Shown: positions 44,763 through 54,458, counted from the first letter of the stretch. The stretch is DNA of 64,000 nt from Candidatus Nanosyncoccus sp. (GCA_045640685.1 JAZUFO010000003.1:79947-143946); one strand, 5' to 3'. Notes: generated by a model from the letters alone, not told the origin. Translations and numbers: made by a program.

Positions 44763-45578
44763 ATGGATTCTTTTTTTACCACCAAAGATCCTCTCGATCA
44801 AATTATCAAAGAAACCTTCTCCGACAAACAAATTCTCAGTACGGAGCATATTCTTACGGGATGGACAAACATCGTTATTGAGGTAGCAACAAATACCGGC
44901 AACTACTTTTTCCGCTTCCCTCGCAACCCATTCTGGTCAAAGATGATCATCAAAGACGCCGCAGTCTGCAACTTTGTCGATGGTAAAACCTCTTATTACA
45001 CCCCACAAATGGAACTTCATTACGATTCAAAAAATCGCCCGTTCTCCGTTCACAAGAAAATTGAAGGCTACACATTAGGCGACAGAATCTATCATCTCTC
45101 CCACACCGCACTAACCGGCGCGGCATACGATGTCGCAAAATTCATCAAGGAGCTAAGTAATATAGATATCAAAAACGCCCCTGAAAAAGTCAAATATCCC
45201 CTTTCCGATTTCCTTTACGAGCTAGATCACGACCATTACGAAAAACATATCGATGCAGACCACGATTACATTAAGAAAACCGAAATGAATAAACTCGTCC
45301 ACGGCGATCTCAACCTCGGCAATATTCTCCTCGACGAAAACGACAAGGTAATCGGCGTCATCGACTTCTGTTTTGCCGGAACCGGCAATCCAAACATGGA
45401 CGTTTCGCGCGTTCTCTCTCGTCCCGTTCCCGAAGAATTCCGTGTCACATTTCTCAAAGAATTCGCCAACGAACCAGAAATTAAACGCATGGGTGAAGCC
45501 TGGACCAGAATTGATGCTGGCTATGCCGACCACATCCGCACACACTTCCCTGAAATCACTCTCCCAGATCTAGGATAA
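44763..45578 (+). CDS. Aminoglycoside/choline-kinase-type phosphotransferase (APH family)
   Basis: HGDLNLGNILLD catalytic loop and the VIDFCFAG motif. Confidence 0.75.
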   Translation: MDSFFTTKDPLDQIIKETFSDKQILSTEHILTGWTNIVIEVATNTGNYFFRFPRNPFWSKMIIKDAAVCNFVDGKTSYYTPQMELHYDSKNRPFSVHKKIEGYTLGDRIYHLSHTALTGAAYDVAKFIKELSNIDIKNAPEKVKYPLSDFLYELDHDHYEKHIDADHDYIKKTEMNKLVHGDLNLGNILLDENDKVIGVIDFCFAGTGNPNMDVSRVLSRPVPEEFRVTFLKEFANEPEIKRMGEAWTRIDAGYADHIRTHFPEITLPDLG

Positions 45579-45583
45579 ACCAC

Positions 45584-45611
45584 AAAAATCCGCCCAAACA
45601 GGCGGTTTTTT
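45584..45611. terminator. Bidirectional terminator
   Basis: AAAAATCCGCC-CAAACA-GGCGGTTTTTT. Confidence 0.7.
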
Positions 45612-46401
45612 ATTTTTCCAAATATTTAATTTTCGCAGCTCGCAATTTTTCCTCATCATGATCAGGAATATTAACAATATCAGAATACTTCTGCCAAACA
45701 GACAAAGCACCCGAAAAATCACCATCATAAACCGGCTCATCCTCATAAACATTCCACATCACAATTCGCATATCTGGACATTTTTCCGCATAAAACTCCA
45801 TTGCAAGTTTTGTTGCACGAATAAATTCCTGCTCTGTTTCCTTTGTATGACGCCATGCACGACCACCCAAAAACTTTTCCGTAACCTCAGGAGATACGGC
45901 AATCATCAACATCATAGAATCATAATTTTCCGCGCCTAACATCTGCATCAACATCCCTTCAATCATCGGATCAAGCAACGTCACGTCAAGCACCAAATCA
46001 TACCCGCGAGAAATTAAAGCCCTAAGCGTCAAAAACATCATAATCGTCGCAAATTCATCCGTCATCTTGCGCAAACTTGCCTCGCCATATTCTTCAAGAA
46101 TCTCACTATAAAACGGGTGATATTTAACAAAAATACGCGCCGCAACCATCACCGGATTTAACCCATTCTTCTTAAAATAGGCCTCCGTTGCCGGCAAAAG
46201 TTGTGTAGTTTTTCCAGAACCAGACTGTCCAGCAATACGGACAAACTTTTTTCCGTTTGTTTTTCCAGGCACAAGATCTGCTAAAACGCGCTTCAAAATC
46301 TCCGGGTATTCTTCCAGACCAACCTGCCACTCGGTTTTTACCTCACTTGGCCAGTGAGCCTTCATATATGCAACAATTTGCCCCAAACTTTCGTCAGCCA
46401 T
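45610..46401 (-). CDS. Zeta-toxin-like P-loop kinase family protein
   Basis: IAGQSGSGKTT Walker A in a ~260-aa kinase-sized protein. No epsilon-like partner gene is visible. Confidence 0.45.
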   Translation of the reverse strand: MADESLGQIVAYMKAHWPSEVKTEWQVGLEEYPEILKRVLADLVPGKTNGKKFVRIAGQSGSGKTTQLLPATEAYFKKNGLNPVMVAARIFVKYHPFYSEILEEYGEASLRKMTDEFATIMMFLTLRALISRGYDLVLDVTLLDPMIEGMLMQMLGAENYDSMMLMIAVSPEVTEKFLGGRAWRHTKETEQEFIRATKLAMEFYAEKCPDMRIVMWNVYEDEPVYDGDFSGALSVWQKYSDIVNIPDHDEEKLRAAKIKYLEK

Positions 46402-46405
46402 AAAC

Positions 46406-47311
46406 CTACTTCAAAATCACAACCTTCAACGATTTTTCAGATTTTCGAACTTCAATTTTTGAAATATTCTCAAACATACGATATTCCCCTTCAGCTTGGA
46501 TTTCCACAGCTGATGGCTTCAAGAATTCAATCACCGATCTGTTAGTTATCGTACCAGGAACACGCTTCAAGATACTACGAATCATCAAGGATGCTAATCT
46601 AAAAAAGTTCGCCAATCTGTCGGTCATGTGCAAAAATCCCTCTTTTTGCAAAAACCAATCACCGCCCTTCATTACACGACACATCGAACGACCATTTACG
46701 GCTGCAAAATCTGAAGTTTTCTTATGCATCATCTTTCCATTTAATTTAAAATCTGGAATATATTGTTTTTTATGTCGGTTTTTAAAATACCATTTCGCCA
46801 AATTAACATACGAACGCCAAGAACTCTTACGACCCTTCTGTAAGTTTTTGCGAACCTTTTTATTATCGAAAATTTCAACCGCCTCACCGGTCATACCAAG
46901 CGTCACATAACAAGTCGCATAACGCCAATGTTTTCCGTCCACCAAAACATCAAGCGGCCACATCTCCTTCGTTTCACCAGCAAAAACATCATCAAAAACA
47001 CGGGTTCTAAGCGTGCGCGCTAAATCGTTAAAATTCCCATATGGCAAAACCGAAAGAGTCGCATCCTTTCCAGAAGTAATAATACCATTCGCAGCAACAA
47101 CAGCCGTAGCGTCACCGCCAACAGACAAAACCAAATCCCCATCACGAATAATCTTCGCAATTTGCTTCACATTCTCATCAACGCCAATCTTCGCGATCTC
47201 ATACTTCCCCACCATGTACCCCTTCAGATCGCGCACTCGAGACAAAACTTCACATTCAACATCTTTAAAACGTGAAGAATACGGGTTATAAACAACCAGT
47301 AATCGTTTCAT
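46406..47311 (-). CDS. Diacylglycerol/lipid kinase family protein (YegS-like)
   Basis: VVYNPYS, GGDAT (GGDGT variant), LPYGNFNDLAR. Confidence 0.7.
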   Translation of the reverse strand: MKRLLVVYNPYSSRFKDVECEVLSRVRDLKGYMVGKYEIAKIGVDENVKQIAKIIRDGDLVLSVGGDATAVVAANGIITSGKDATLSVLPYGNFNDLARTLRTRVFDDVFAGETKEMWPLDVLVDGKHWRYATCYVTLGMTGEAVEIFDNKKVRKNLQKGRKSSWRSYVNLAKWYFKNRHKKQYIPDFKLNGKMMHKKTSDFAAVNGRSMCRVMKGGDWFLQKEGFLHMTDRLANFFRLASLMIRSILKRVPGTITNRSVIEFLKPSAVEIQAEGEYRMFENISKIEVRKSEKSLKVVILK

Positions 47312-47316
47312 AAAAA

Positions 47317-48090
47317 CTATTTATTAGCACCAACCTCAACGGTTTCAACTTGACTATTTAACTGACTTTCAATGGTTTGAGTTCCATCATATGAAGGCGA
47401 TAGCCACCTAATAAGTGAGTAACTAAACATATAAAGCACCAAACCAATCACAATTTCAATCATGCGGCGTTTTGCTCTCGTCATCTTAGCAGCATCACCA
47501 GCAGCAGTAAGATATTGAATACCAACAATAATAATACCAGTAAAGCCAAGGACACCAACGCCCGTAGTAAAGGTAAACACAACCGCATCAATAATACAGG
47601 CGATATTTGTTCTGCCATCATCACCAACACAGAAATTCAAGATAGACGCAATGCCGCCACCATTATTTTCATAGGTCCCGTTTTGACGATTATAGACATC
47701 GTCGTCATCATCTTCTGGATCTTCTTTTTCTTTCTCTTCTTCCTCTTTATTATTCTTCTTAAAATCTTCAATAGATTTCAAAAGCTCATTCTTCTTTTTT
47801 CTACATTCATTACTATTAGTTGTAGAATAATCATCCAAATGGCCATCCGTTATTACAGCGCCATTGTTGAATTTATAATATAGCTTAAAATCATCATGCG
47901 GTTCCAAAAGATTACTATTACCATGTTTATTAGTATTAGACTCACATGTAAGAGTGCACAAAGCATTACCAGATTTACAGTTAGTAATAAAATTATCGGT
48001 CGAAATTCCCCAAGCATTCCCACCCATAAATCCACCAAGAAAAACCATCCCAAGAATCGCGACGATAATATTACGTTTAAAATGTTTCAT
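47317..48090 (-). CDS. TrbC/VirB2-like type IV secretion pilin-like membrane protein
   Basis: Signal peptide, Cys-rich and poly-acidic region. A C-terminal two-TM hairpin carries the GIQYLTAAGDAAKMTRAKRRM loop typical of T4SS pilins. Confidence 0.5.
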   Translation of the reverse strand: MKHFKRNIIVAILGMVFLGGFMGGNAWGISTDNFITNCKSGNALCTLTCESNTNKHGNSNLLEPHDDFKLYYKFNNGAVITDGHLDDYSTTNSNECRKKKNELLKSIEDFKKNNKEEEEKEKEDPEDDDDDVYNRQNGTYENNGGGIASILNFCVGDDGRTNIACIIDAVVFTFTTGVGVLGFTGIIIVGIQYLTAAGDAAKMTRAKRRMIEIVIGLVLYMFSYSLIRWLSPSYDGTQTIESQLNSQVETVEVGANK

Positions 48091-48151
48091 GGTTTTTCTC
48101 CTTTTAAAGAATATTATTTTGAATTTTGATCAAGAATTCAAATAAATAAAT

Positions 48152-49126
48152 CTATTTCAAATATTCGTGTAACTTTTTAGTATCTTTGTTCTTGCGAAGT
48201 TTCGAAAGAGCCTTTGCCTCGATCTGGCGAATACGTTCACGAGTAACAGCAAATTCATTACCAACTTCTTCAAGGGTATGTGGACGACCGCCACCAATAC
48301 CAAAACGAAGGCGGATAATCTTTTGTTCACGTTCAGAAAGCGTAGACAAAATCTCAGCAAGTTGTTCCTTCAAAATTTGATTTGCGGCTGAATCTTCTGG
48401 AGAATCGCGTTCTTCATCCTCGACGAAGTCTCCAAGTACAGAATCTTCATCATCGCCTTCACGGCCAACAGAAGCATCAAGAGATGCAATATCTTGCTTA
48501 ATGCGCATAACGTAATCAATTTTTTCTGGCTCCATATCGAGCTCTTTAGCAATTTCTTCATTGGTCGGCTCACGGTTAAGTTCGGTCGTCAATTTACGAG
48601 TTGTACGAAGAACCTTGTTGATAGTTTCAACCATGTGAACAGGAATACGAATTGTACGTGCCTGATCCGCAATAGCACGTGTAATAGCTTGGCGAATCCA
48701 CCAAGTTGCATATGTTGAAAATTTAAAACCTTTATCAGGATCAAATTTTTCTACAGCACGAAGAAGACCAGTATTTCCCTCTTGAATCAAATCCAAGAAG
48801 TCCAAACCACGTCCACCATAACGTTTTGCAATAGAAACAACAAGACGCATGTTTGATTCAACCATCTTGTCTTTAGCTTTTTTATCACCTTTTATAACAC
48901 GAAGCGCTAAATCCTGCTCTTCCTCAGCAGAGAGAAGTGGAATTTTACCAATCTCGCGAAGATAAAGCCTAACCGAGTCATCAGCAAACGAATCAACATT
49001 CTCAGCGGTAATCGCGAGATCTTCATCCGTAAGCTCCTCTTCATCGGCAAGATCATCAGATCCTGGGCCATCTAAGTCTAGTGATAAATCTTTTGCATCC
49101 AAAATATCATCTTTGTCAATACTCAT
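48152..49126 (-). CDS. rpoD: Primary RNA polymerase sigma factor
   Basis: Region 2 [14 protein letters not shown], with regions 3 and 4 present. Confidence 0.95.
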
Positions 49127-49147
49127 TACCTAGTAGTATACATAGTT

Positions 49148-50809
49148 CTAAGATTTTTGCAAGTCATGAAGTTGCTTTAAAACCTCTTCATATTCTTCGC
49201 TTTCATCATCGAGACTAGCCAATTTTTTGCTAAGCTCAGCCTTTCGTATATTTTTAATCTCAAGCTCATACCTAGCCAACAAATTCTTCGCCTCAAGCTC
49301 AAGTTCCTCAGCCGTCATCTCAGACTCTTCAACTTTCTCATGGTCATGAGCATAAACAATCTCGAGCTCACCCAATCTTGCCTCATCCTCTGGAATTTCA
49401 AAAGGCATTTTGAGCGACACACCACCATAAATTTTCAGCGCCAACAAACTATTCTCAAGAGTTTTAAGCTTCTTGTTTTTCTGCACATCTCCATCTGGTT
49501 GTTTCTTAACGGTCTTATAAATCTTCTTCTCTCGTGCTTCCGTAATTTTATGATCAAGTCGTTCCCCCTTCTTTCTTAAATCATCAACCGAAACACCAAG
49601 TTTCCCTGCAACCTTTTCTTCATATTTAGCGCGCTCAATCTCGTCACAAACATGACTCAGTAACTTCAAAGCCACATCCGAATATTTACGGCATCCGGCA
49701 CCAGTTTCTAGATCCAATTTTTGTTCATATTGCTGCAACAACCAATCAATCGCTGGCACTTTTTCTTCAACTGCTTGTCTCCAAAGTTCAGGATTTTTCT
49801 GAATCAATTCATCCGGATCTTTTGCTCCGTGGTAATTTGAGATAATTGAAAGTTCAATTCCAAGATCACCCGCCATACCAATCGCACGCTCGGCAGCACG
49901 AACACCAGCTTCATCACCATCGTAAGCCAAACGAATATCCGACGTTAAATTAGACAAAATTTTCAAATGCTGTTCCGTCATAGCCGTACCAGAAGTTGCG
50001 ACGGCCTCCTTAACCCCAGCTTGGTGCGAAGAAATAACATCCATATTCCCTTCCACAATCACAACAAACCCATTACGACGAATTGCCTCTTTTGCTTGAT
50101 GCAGACCAAAAATAAAACGACTTTTATTGAACAAAAGCGTATCGGAAGTGTTCAAATATTTTGGCTCCCCCTTATCGAGTACGCGCGCCGTAAAACCAAT
50201 CACATTACCAGTATTATCAATGAACGGGACCATCATTCTCCCGCGGAACATATCCTTATCATACTGATTCAAAAGCCCCGCTTCGCGCAGTTCCTTCACG
50301 GAAAAGCCACGACGCATCAAAACATCTTTTAAAACCGTTCCACTCTCTGGTGAAAAACCAATCTTAAACTCTTCAACCGTTCCACGATTCATATTACGTT
50401 TGTAAAAAACATATTCACAAACTTTTTTACTCTTAGTAAGGCAAATTTGATAATATTTCGTAGCCAACGCCAAAGCCTCGCGCGCACGAGCCTTTCGCTT
50501 CGACACTTCCGCGTCACCACCACTATAACGAGTCAGTTCGACGCCGGCCTGAGCCGCCAATTTTTCAATCGCCTCACGAAAAGAAATCCCCTCAACTTCC
50601 ATCACAAAAGTAAAAATATCACCACCTTTATTTGCCGAGAAATCATGCCAGATTCCCTTTTCTGGCGAAACCATAAAAGAAGGAGTTTTATCGACACCCC
50701 AAGGAGAACGACCTTTCAAAGATCTGCCCGCGCGCTTCAATTCAACATACTGCCCAATCACATCTTCAATGGGAAGTCGCGCTTTAATTTCCTCCTTCGC
50801 ATCATTCAT
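49148..50809 (-). CDS. dnaG: DNA primase (zinc-binding-domain ligands all substituted)
   Basis: KTPSF, RNA-polymerase domain, TOPRIM EGNMD. The CHC2 positions read S, G, D, A. Confidence 0.9.
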   Translation of the reverse strand: MNDAKEEIKARLPIEDVIGQYVELKRAGRSLKGRSPWGVDKTPSFMVSPEKGIWHDFSANKGGDIFTFVMEVEGISFREAIEKLAAQAGVELTRYSGGDAEVSKRKARAREALALATKYYQICLTKSKKVCEYVFYKRNMNRGTVEEFKIGFSPESGTVLKDVLMRRGFSVKELREAGLLNQYDKDMFRGRMMVPFIDNTGNVIGFTARVLDKGEPKYLNTSDTLLFNKSRFIFGLHQAKEAIRRNGFVVIVEGNMDVISSHQAGVKEAVATSGTAMTEQHLKILSNLTSDIRLAYDGDEAGVRAAERAIGMAGDLGIELSIISNYHGAKDPDELIQKNPELWRQAVEEKVPAIDWLLQQYEQKLDLETGAGCRKYSDVALKLLSHVCDEIERAKYEEKVAGKLGVSVDDLRKKGERLDHKITEAREKKIYKTVKKQPDGDVQKNKKLKTLENSLLALKIYGGVSLKMPFEIPEDEARLGELEIVYAHDHEKVEESEMTAEELELEAKNLLARYELEIKNIRKAELSKKLASLDDESEEYEEVLKQLHDLQKS

Positions 50810-50815
50810 GTAACT

Positions 50816-50843
50816 AGTATATCACACCGTCATATGCTATAAT
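50816..50843. promoter_or_regulatory. Back-to-back extended -10 promoters, both leaderless
   Basis: Minus-strand TGATATACT (50816-50824) lies 6 nt from the dnaG ATG. Plus-strand TGCTATAAT (50835-50843) lies 7 nt from ATG 50851. Confidence 0.55.
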
Positions 50844-50850
50844 ATTGCTC

Positions 50851-51462
50851 ATGGATAACCAAGCATATCTTGATCAAATTTCGCCAAAAAAACAAAACTT
50901 TTTTAAATCAAAAAATGATCTATTATCATCCACGCCAGTGAAAATCATTATTGGTAGTGTTATTGCAACAATCTTGATCATGTTTTTGAGCGTATTTTTA
51001 AATAGCGGCGAAGGCGAAAAAACCAAATGCTATCGTCTTAAACTTCACACAGATAATCTCAGCTCAGCCATCGATGAATTCCAACCTGCACTAAAATCTT
51101 CAACTCTTCGTGGTAATAGCACATCATTCCGCAGTATTCTCTCTAATATTGCCATCTTAAACGACGCTTATCTAAAAGAAAAATATGATTTTAGAAATAA
51201 AGACATTCCAGAAAAAATGAGCAAAGTCGAAACCGCAGTTTACGACGAACTCTACAACGATTTATTCTACGCAAAAATCAACAGTTTCCTAGATCGCACA
51301 TATGCTCGTAAAATGTCTTATGAGTGTTCCCTCATGATTGCTTACATTTCCGAAGTTCTCACAAAAGCAAAAACATCAGACTTCACAGAAGAACTCGAAC
51401 GTCTAATTCAAAGTCTAGAAATGCTCGCCGAAACATTTGATTCTTTCTCTGAGACAAAATAA
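50851..51462 (+). CDS. Single-pass membrane protein, function unknown
   Basis: One TM (VKIIIGSVIATILIMFLSVFL). ATG 50851 preferred to TTG 50845. Confidence 0.5.
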   Translation: MDNQAYLDQISPKKQNFFKSKNDLLSSTPVKIIIGSVIATILIMFLSVFLNSGEGEKTKCYRLKLHTDNLSSAIDEFQPALKSSTLRGNSTSFRSILSNIAILNDAYLKEKYDFRNKDIPEKMSKVETAVYDELYNDLFYAKINSFLDRTYARKMSYECSLMIAYISEVLTKAKTSDFTEELERLIQSLEMLAETFDSFSETK

Positions 51463-51471
51463 TGATATAAT
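51463..51471 (+). promoter_or_regulatory. Extended -10 (TGATATAAT) for mscL
   Basis: Followed by an AAGGAG RBS. Confidence 0.5.
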
Positions 51472-51489
51472 TTCTCTAAAGGAGAAATT

Positions 51490-51966
51490 ATGGATAAAAC
51501 AACCGACAAGGCAAAATCAAGCCTTAAAAAAATGCGCGAAAAAAACAAAGGTTTCCGCAAAGAATTTGTAGATTTTATTAACCGTGGTAACGTCATGGAT
51601 CTCGCCGTAGGTATCGTCGTAGGTTCAGCTTTCACTGCAATCGTCACCTCACTCGTTAACGACATCATCATGCCAATCGTTTCACTCATTGGTGGTGGTT
51701 TTGATTTTTCAACCCTTTCTGTTGAAATCATGGGCGCAACACTAACCTATGGCAATTTCGTTCAAAACATCGTCAACTTCCTTATCATTGCTCTCGTAGT
51801 TTTCATGCTCATCAAATTCCTCAACGGTCTCCGCAATAAAGCAGAAAAACTTGCAAAGAAAAAAGCAGAGGAAGAAGAAAAGAAAGCAGAGCCAGAAAAG
51901 AAAAAAGAGGACGAAACCGTCACTCTTCTTCGCGAAATTCGCAACGAATTAATCAAAAGAAAATAA
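51490..51966 (+). CDS. mscL: Large-conductance mechanosensitive channel with a K/E-rich tail
   Basis: FVDFINRGNVMDLAVGIVVGSAFTAIVTSLVNDIIMP. Confidence 0.9.
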   Translation: MDKTTDKAKSSLKKMREKNKGFRKEFVDFINRGNVMDLAVGIVVGSAFTAIVTSLVNDIIMPIVSLIGGGFDFSTLSVEIMGATLTYGNFVQNIVNFLIIALVVFMLIKFLNGLRNKAEKLAKKKAEEEEKKAEPEKKKEDETVTLLREIRNELIKRK

Positions 51967-52263
51967 TTATTCAATCTCTTTTGACAAATTATAACTCAAG
52001 CGAACGAGGTCATCGACCTCGTTTTCTTCTAGCTGTCCGGTCATTACGATTTCAATGCCACCACGCCCAAAATAGCGCGATTCCATAACTGATTCATATT
52101 TCTCACGCAAAAGGTGACCCAACTTTGAATCACAACGAAGTTCAATCGTATTTTTATTAATAACTAGAAATACTTTTTCACCAACATAAAAAAGTTCGCG
52201 TTCTTTTTCTTTTTTGGACTCGTACTCGCCGATGCCGCTTATTTTAGAAATGTCGTATACCAT
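51967..52263 (-). CDS. MmcQ/YjbR-like small protein
   Basis: The pattern FYVGEKVFLVI...LRCD......RYFGRGGIEIV...LVRLSYNL resembles the YjbR family. Confidence 0.4.
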   Translation of the reverse strand: MVYDISKISGIGEYESKKEKERELFYVGEKVFLVINKNTIELRCDSKLGHLLREKYESVMESRYFGRGGIEIVMTGQLEENEVDDLVRLSYNLSKEIE

Positions 52264-52763
52264 TTTAACTCCTCTATTGATCCTTTAATATCATCTAATG
52301 CTCTATGAGCATCGCGCTTTGCAAAATGTTTATCGCGTACGTGTTCGAAATAAATCTTCCAGGCCGACACATCAAGCATGCGATAATGCAGACGCTTAGA
52401 CAATTCCGGCCATTCCCTATCGATAAATTTACGATCCTGATGAATAGAATTACCAGCAAGATAAATTTCTTTTCCAAAATATTTATCCAAAAACTCAATA
52501 AGTTCCGTCTCAACTTCTTTTGCACTCTTTCCACTTTCATTCTGCGCCATCAAAGCATCACGTGATTCCGAATTTCTCTCCCAAAACTCGCCAACCATAC
52601 GTTCCTTCATTAATTTACTTGGAACTTTAACAACAGCTTCATAGGTTGCAATTTCATTAAATTCATAATCCGTGGCGATTGCCGCAACCTCAACAATCCT
52701 ATCCTTTTCCGGCTCCAAGCCAGTCATTTCAAGATCGACCCACAAAAGCTTCGCTTTTTTCAT
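52239..52763 (-). CDS. orn: Oligoribonuclease (DEDDh exonuclease)
   Basis: LLWVDLEMTGL, IVEVAAI, GNSIHQDRKF, HRALDD. Confidence 0.85.
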   Translation of the reverse strand: MKKAKLLWVDLEMTGLEPEKDRIVEVAAIATDYEFNEIATYEAVVKVPSKLMKERMVGEFWERNSESRDALMAQNESGKSAKEVETELIEFLDKYFGKEIYLAGNSIHQDRKFIDREWPELSKRLHYRMLDVSAWKIYFEHVRDKHFAKRDAHRALDDIKGSIEELKWYTTFLK

Positions 52764-54442
52764 TACATTTCCTCCGGAACATTAATTCCTAATATGTTTA
52801 AGCCATGAAGCATAACATCAAGATAAGTTTTAACGATAACAGCACGAATCCCAGCACGCTCGTTTCCGGCAACCGGGCAGTTTTCATAAAATCTCGAAAA
52901 CTCTTGTGCGAGTTCATAAAGATAGCTACAAACTTTATGTGGAGCCATCTCTGAAACCGATTCAGAAAGAACATCTTTGTATTGAATAACTTTTTTGATC
53001 AAGTTAGCTTCATGAGCATCAAGAACGGCATTCTCCCCTGTTTTTGCGAGCTCAATAACATTTTTCCCCTCATATTCAGCAATATTAATCTTAGACAAAA
53101 CCTTCTTCGCGCGAACACATGAATATAATAAATATGGTCCAGAATTACCAGTCATCTTCACAGATTCTTTTGGATCAAAGATAATATCGCCACCCATCTT
53201 ATATTTCAAAAATGCATATTTTGTAGCACCAAGGACAACATCAAAATCTTCAGAATTATAATTCTCTTTTAATTCCTCGGAAATCATATCAAGGACATCA
53301 ATTGCCTTCAAGAAATTACCTTTACGAGAAGACATTTTAACACTGCCAGGAAGTTTAACCTGTCCATGAGTTAAATGATTCGTTCTTTCCGGAAGCTCTG
53401 GATTCATTTCTTTTACAGAACCAAGAACAATCTTCATATAATCAATAATATCGTTGCCAGTAATAACAACGGATTTATCAAATTTATAGTCATCCCACTT
53501 CGTAAAAATCAAGCCAACATCTTTTGCTTCATAAGTTGGAAGACCTTCTTTATTAATAAATACACGTGTATGCAAACCTAACTTTGTGTCGCCACGATAG
53601 ACAACTGCCCCATCAGACATTTCGTAAACACCCTCAGAAAGCCCGTTTTTAACTTCAACCAAACCACGCCCTGCAACAGTTGATTCAGGGTAATACTTAT
53701 CAAATTTAACACCGATTTTTGCGTAAAAATCTTCAAAATATTTATAAGACAATTCCCTGCCTTTCCAATACATCTCAGCAAGCTCAGAATCATGACGATT
53801 ATTTTGCGCAATATCATAAACATTCTTGTTAATCTCAACGATTTCAGCTTTAGCGGCCTCATCATCTTCATAAGCCCTTGTACCCTCAACATATTTTGCA
53901 GCAATATCTTCAATCGTAAAATCAGTCATTCCAGATTTTAAGAGTGCCCACATAGTTTTACCAACATGCAAGCCGACATCACCACCGAAGTTAGCACGAA
54001 TTACATTAGCTCCAGCGTATTCAAAAAGTCTCGCGATAGAATCACCGACAATTGAGGTATATAAATGACCAACATGAAGAACCTTAAATGGATTCGGATC
54101 GGAAAACTCGCAAATAACAGTTTTTCCAGAATATTCATCACATGATATATTTTTTTCAAGATTTTGCGAAAAATCAGCAATTTTACGGAGATAGTATTCA
54201 TCTGGTAGCGTAAAATTCAAGAATCCAGGACCAGCAATTTCAACCTTTACATCATCAAAACTCTCAGCAATTTTAGATGCAATCTCGCGAGGATTAGACT
54301 TTAAAGTTCCAGCAAGCCTCATTGCGATATTGGAAGAAAAATCTGCCTGCATATTTTCTGGCGCAATCGTCACCTCTGGAGTAACATCTACACCAAAAAG
54401 TTCATTAATACAATTTTGTAATCTTAAAACTATCTCATTCAT
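52763..54442 (-). CDS. argS: Arginyl-tRNA synthetase
   Basis: HVGH (HIGH) motif, an MSSRKG region and a DALR-type C-terminus. Confidence 0.9.
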   Translation of the reverse strand: MNEIVLRLQNCINELFGVDVTPEVTIAPENMQADFSSNIAMRLAGTLKSNPREIASKIAESFDDVKVEIAGPGFLNFTLPDEYYLRKIADFSQNLEKNISCDEYSGKTVICEFSDPNPFKVLHVGHLYTSIVGDSIARLFEYAGANVIRANFGGDVGLHVGKTMWALLKSGMTDFTIEDIAAKYVEGTRAYEDDEAAKAEIVEINKNVYDIAQNNRHDSELAEMYWKGRELSYKYFEDFYAKIGVKFDKYYPESTVAGRGLVEVKNGLSEGVYEMSDGAVVYRGDTKLGLHTRVFINKEGLPTYEAKDVGLIFTKWDDYKFDKSVVITGNDIIDYMKIVLGSVKEMNPELPERTNHLTHGQVKLPGSVKMSSRKGNFLKAIDVLDMISEELKENYNSEDFDVVLGATKYAFLKYKMGGDIIFDPKESVKMTGNSGPYLLYSCVRAKKVLSKINIAEYEGKNVIELAKTGENAVLDAHEANLIKKVIQYKDVLSESVSEMAPHKVCSYLYELAQEFSRFYENCPVAGNERAGIRAVIVKTYLDVMLHGLNILGINVPEEM

Positions 54443-54449
54443 TATTTTT

Positions 54450-54458
54450 ATTCTATCA
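54450..54458 (-). promoter_or_regulatory. Extended -10 (TGATAGAAT) 7 nt from the argS ATG (leaderless layout)
   Basis: rc of ATTCTATCA. Confidence 0.5.

Noticed and set aside
44733-44849. 39-aa N-terminal extension of the P-loop kinase ORF (track start 44849)
   Set aside because: It would overlap the divergent APH-like gene and its promoter. The kinase homology, including the P-loop, begins right after ATG 44732.
45610-46401. Calling the zeta-like kinase a toxin-antitoxin module
   Set aside because: No small epsilon/antitoxin-like ORF lies upstream or downstream. The gene is tightly packed with other kinases, so only a family-level call is justified.
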